DNA from: Epithemia pelagica
Taxonomy: Eukaryota; Protista; Bacillariophyta
Direction of reading: 5' to 3'
Length of the DNA: 64,000 nucleotides
NCBI GenBank assembly: GCA_946965045.2
Contig: OX337229.1
Coordinates: 3,100,001-3,164,000 of the forward strand
Below, in pieces: positions 60,153-64,000 of the stretch. The notes beneath the pieces were generated by a model, which saw only the letters and a list, made by a program, of their open reading frames with translations, searched no databases and was not told the DNA's origin. Positions within the stretch are counted from its first letter, which is position 1. Each line of letters starts with the position of its first letter. A program made the position numbers and the translations under genes.

Positions 60153-62270
60153 ATGAGTGACCGTAAGCGCAGTTATATTGCGGGGTCTCGTTCTCGTGGG
60201 CCGGATTCATCAAAGAGACCATGCCAAACCTATGGAGATGACACAGCTATCAGCTGTATAAAGCGTCACAAACAGATTCGGACCAACGATGAGATCCACC
60301 GATCCATTCAACTTTGTCCTATCGTACAGCTTTTTGTGAGCACTCCACAGTTCCAGCGCCTTCGACATCTCCAACAGCTAGGTACTGCAAGTCTCGTGTA
60401 CAACAACTCGAATCACAACCGTCTCGAACATTCACTGGGCGTTGCTCATCTTGCTGAACGATTGATCAAGCGTATTCGTGAGAACCAACCTGCCCTTCGA
60501 TGCTCGACGAGGGACGTTCTCTGTGTGAAACTTGCTGGCCTTCTACATGATACAGGTGAGAAGCCTCCATTGTACCTTATGTTTATCTGCTTTCGTGTAG
60601 TGTCCGTAAGCCAACAGGATTAAGATCTTTTGCCTTTTGCCCTCTCTGATGTTACACAGCCTACATGTAACTCACTGCTTCTGTTCGATATAATTTCAGG
60701 TCACGGTCCCTTCAGTCATGGGTACGAAAAGTTTGTGACGAAGAATTTCCCTAAATACTTTGAAACTCTTAGTGACGATATCAAAGCCAAATATGATGCG
60801 CTCCCTTCGGTTCCAAAGGACTACTGTCATGAGGATGTTTCCATGAAGATGATTGATGCTGCTTTGGCTCATCTTGGTTTTGAAATTGATCTCACTGACT
60901 TAGATAGCCCTCCAAAAGAGATTTGCTGTAACAAGGCCGAAGAACTGTTTCGTTTCGGAGAAGACAATGATGTTCTTACCTCACGTGACTTTGTATTCAT
61001 CAAAGAGCTGATTTGCGGTGAACCCATTGATTCCATCCAAGTGAGTACTGGTATCAAAGGTTTTATCGGTCGGCCTGGTTGGGAAAAGGAATGGATGTAT
61101 GATATCGTTTCAAACCGCCATTCTGGTTTGGACGTTGACAAGATGGATTATTTTGCTCGAGATTCTCGACGAAGCTTCGGCGATGGACGTGTGGATGAAG
61201 TAGTTGTAGAGGAAGCTGTTGTGGCATGGGGAAAGTGCACTGCTAAAGACGGATGTTGCGAGCTCTGCCTTCGAGATGATGGCCGGCCTCATCGTGGTCA
61301 ACAGCTCATGATCTGTTACCCAGAAAAGGCAGTGAAAGCCCTTATTAACTTCTTCAATGAGAGGTTCAAATTGCACGACACAGTTTACTGGCACAAGACG
61401 ACTGTTGGGGCCGGTCACATGGTCAATGATATCCTCTGCTATGCAGATCCGTACTTCATGATATCAGCTGCGCCTTATCCTGAGAAGCCTGTTTCTGACA
61501 AATCGTCGAATCCAGAGATTGGCCTTCCCATTAGCAGGGCTGGGTTGGACGCTCGTTCATTCGTCAGACTTACAGATAATGTAATCTACGCAATCTCTAT
61601 ATCGGGAGACGAAAACTTGGCGCAAGCACGGGAATTGGCTTGTCGTTACTTGTTCAGGGACCTCTACAAATGTCCTGCTCAGCACAGTATCGATCGACAA
61701 GACCCTGTCGACTTACAACTTTGGGAAATGTCGGAGGAGGAAATAAAGCAGAGTTTGCTTGACGAAAATGGACGCCACGCGGTGGCTGATGGGCGGCCTA
61801 TCCATCTCTTACCGGAGGATTTCATTGTGGACAAATTTACGATCCATCACGGACAGAAAGATCGAAACCCTATGGTTAATGTCCGTGTTGTAAGATGGCC
61901 CGAACAAAGGAAGTTGAGTGCTTCTCCTGCAGAGTTACCGACTGCTACACCTCCCAGCTTAGAGCAGTTTAAGGGTCAAACACCGATCGATCAACAACAG
62001 TCACGGATCCGCGTATTCTGCCGGAACAATACCAAGTATGATTTGCTCACACATGTTTTCGAACAGTGGATCAGCAGGATCCGCGACAAGTTTTGCCCAT
62101 CACCATGTCCTAATGTGCACGAGGTTACAGCCGCAGCTGTTTCCCAATCTCTTTCCCAGTCTCCATGTTCTCCTGACCGCAGCTTAGCTGACAGGGACTC
62201 GTTCGATGACCTCGATGGATCCCCTCAGATATTTGTCATGAACTCACCCGATTCACGAAATGAAACATGA
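60153..62270 (+). CDS. SAMHD1-like HD-domain dNTP triphosphohydrolase, paralog B (657 aa)
   Basis: Exons 60153-60555 and 60700-62270; the 144-nt intron splits HDT/GHGPFSH; QFQRLRHLQQLG, RLEHSLGV, DVDKMDY, LHDTVYWHKT. Confidence 0.9.
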
Positions 62271-62398
62271 ACATGAACCTTTGCACTCCAAGTTTCTTAG
62301 TCAAGGCGTTAATCATAAATTCCGTAGAGCACAACTCAGGTTTATCTGAAAGGGATTCATAGTCTATGCTGCTATCGGGAGTTCCACTCATCAAGCTT

Positions 62399-63040
62399 TT
62401 AATCCTTGCGTCGCAACTCCTCCATGGCGTCCAGAATCGCGGCACAAGAATCCTCCATTCGATTCGCCGCAATTCTCAGGCATTTGCTATTCACGCAATT
62501 TGTCTTCACCATCTCTTCGCAAAGGCTTATTCTCTTCTTTTTGAAAGACGGCGCTACTCGCGGCTCCACAATCTTAAGGTCCGACTCAGTAGGATTAACG
62601 GTAATATGAACGACTGTTGGATTGAACTGCAGAGACTCTCGCACCAAACGCTCGCAAGCCATGGACCTTTGCTCCGTGTAGCCACCATACATGTGAACTA
62701 CAACATCGGCATTGGCCAAGGTATCTTGCTGCCATCCGACCCAATCTTGTCCCACAATATCAAGCAAATCACCGCCGTCCCAATCCCTCAATGACACATG
62801 AGGGTTGTCTTGCAAGAAGCGTTCTCCAACCCAACCAAACTGTGACGAAGCCCGGTTGGGAGCGCCCGCGAGGAACGCGTTACGACAAAGACTTGTGACG
62901 CGATCGTTCATCGGCAAACGTGGTGCCAACGCCTGGGCTAAGGGTCCAGTTCCACCTGCCAAAACAACATTCAATCCAACGCAATTTCCAATCAACGTAA
63001 AAGTTACTGAAACGATCAAGAGAAGGTTGCCCGAAAACAT
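62399..63040 (-). CDS. NAD(P)-binding Rossmann-like protein with signal peptide
   Basis: Signal peptide then LNVVLAGGTGPLAQAL (GGxG dinucleotide-binding loop) and ADVVVHMYGG. Confidence 0.65.
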   Translation of the reverse strand: MFSGNLLLIVSVTFTLIGNCVGLNVVLAGGTGPLAQALAPRLPMNDRVTSLCRNAFLAGAPNRASSQFGWVGERFLQDNPHVSLRDWDGGDLLDIVGQDWVGWQQDTLANADVVVHMYGGYTEQRSMACERLVRESLQFNPTVVHITVNPTESDLKIVEPRVAPSFKKKRISLCEEMVKTNCVNSKCLRIAANRMEDSCAAILDAMEELRRKD

Positions 63041-63267
63041 GGTGCCACCAACGTTCTGTTGCGTCTCTTCAATGGTGAAAGGTGAAAGAAGAAAGAAGTA
63101 AGCGAAGAAGCGAAAGAAGGCGAGAAGGGCAACTTCAACATCTCCCAGTGCGACTGGCGCATTTATCAGTCGCGATTATCACAAAATCAGTCGCATGGCG
63201 GCTTCCACAATGGACCACAAAAAGCAAAGATATCGGTGTTTGCTAAGAGGTCTCAGCAAGAATAGGA

Positions 63268-64000
63268 ATGGTCCAACCTATCGTTACTTCAGGCGAGGAA
63301 TCACCGATCCAAAGCGATCATTCTCACGACCAAACAGAGGAGGAATCTGACGAAGATGGTGACTGTGTAAATTCTGAAAATCCCCGACGGCGACAGAGTT
63401 CGAGGACATTTGACATGGAAGACGATGACTGTGAAAACAATTTCTCTGCGAATCTTGAGAAAGATCATTTGTATGACGAGAATGCCGACAAAGAAGACGA
63501 AGCGTTTGTGCAGCAACACCTTCGGCAGGGGGTGACACCATCACTGCATGATCAATCAACGGCGAGATCACCTGATCAAAGTGGGACGTCAAACACTGAA
63601 AGGCAAAATATCACCAAAAGCAAAACGGATACAGTGTTGTCATGCCCATGCTGTTTTTTGACCGTATGTATGGATTGTCAACAACATGAGCGTTATCCAA
63701 ACCAATATCGAGCCATGTTTGTCATGAATATCATTATTCGATGGGATTTAGTGCTAGCCTACGATCGTCGACAAAAACTTTTGGTGCCCTATCAACAACC
63801 AACAACAGCAGCTTCATCTAGCAATCAAGAAACTTCGAACGTGTCCATAATACCTCAACGAGACAGCGACCTCAACCCGATGCAAAGTAATGACACTATC
63901 ACCACAGAAGATGAAATATACTACACGGTTTGCTGTGCCAACTGCAATACTCAGGTGGCCTCACTGGATATGAGGGATGAAGTGTACCATTTCTCCGGTT
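63268..64000 (+). CDS. EAPP: E2F-associated phosphoprotein (Eapp_C domain), runs off the window end
   Basis: Not in the ORF track because it is open at the edge. Manual translation from ATG 63268 gives LYDENADKEDEAFV...TDTVLSCPCCFLTVCMDCQQHERYPNQYRAMFV...CCANCNTQVA...DEVYHF. Confidence 0.85.
   Translation, partial: MVQPIVTSGEESPIQSDHSHDQTEEESDEDGDCVNSENPRRRQSSRTFDMEDDDCENNFSANLEKDHLYDENADKEDEAFVQQHLRQGVTPSLHDQSTARSPDQSGTSNTERQNITKSKTDTVLSCPCCFLTVCMDCQQHERYPNQYRAMFVMNIIIRWDLVLAYDRRQKLLVPYQQPTTAASSSNQETSNVSIIPQRDSDLNPMQSNDTITTEDEIYYTVCCANCNTQVASLDMRDEVYHFSG

Noticed and set aside
1-64000. CRISPR arrays, rRNA, tRNA and spliceosomal snRNA genes
   Set aside because: No repeat-spacer arrays, B-box/cloverleaf patterns or U1/U2/U5/U6 signatures were found by eye; tRNAscan-SE and Infernal would be needed to exclude them formally.

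Overview
Gene-dense eukaryotic DNA, most likely from a pennate diatom. Evidence: few short GT-AG introns (55-144 nt), a diatom-type (CoDi-like) copia element, HMG-box and SAMHD1-like paralogs, and several signal peptides with F/W/Y/L at +1, as in bipartite complex-plastid targeting. The species cannot be determined from the sequence. About 27 host protein genes are recognisable, including malonyl-CoA decarboxylase, RPB6, a RusA-like resolvase, a DNA ligase I-like protein, VPS37, NUP205, a J-protein, KAS II, RRP1, two SAMHD1-like dNTPases and EAPP. The accessory core lies at 9.1-21.7 kb. There a 1,579-bp direct duplication of an RluA pseudouridine-synthase gene flanks a foreign block. The block carries a broken gene, a Crinkler/RHS-type NTPase-nuclease gene and an intact 6,171-bp Ty1/copia retrotransposon with identical 238-bp LTRs and a GCCTA target-site duplication. 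The most striking observation is that this copia element has no TGG-type tRNA primer-binding site. The 14 nt directly after the 5' LTR are instead perfectly complementary to a 14-mer inside the LTR, next to an initiator-like TCATT, and the intervening U5 folds into a hairpin. This is the architecture of tRNA-independent self-priming, established for Tf1/sushi gypsy elements. The element also carries an extra 230-aa ORF upstream of gag-pol, and pol reads through most of the 3' LTR. No rRNA, tRNA or CRISPR array was recognised by eye.
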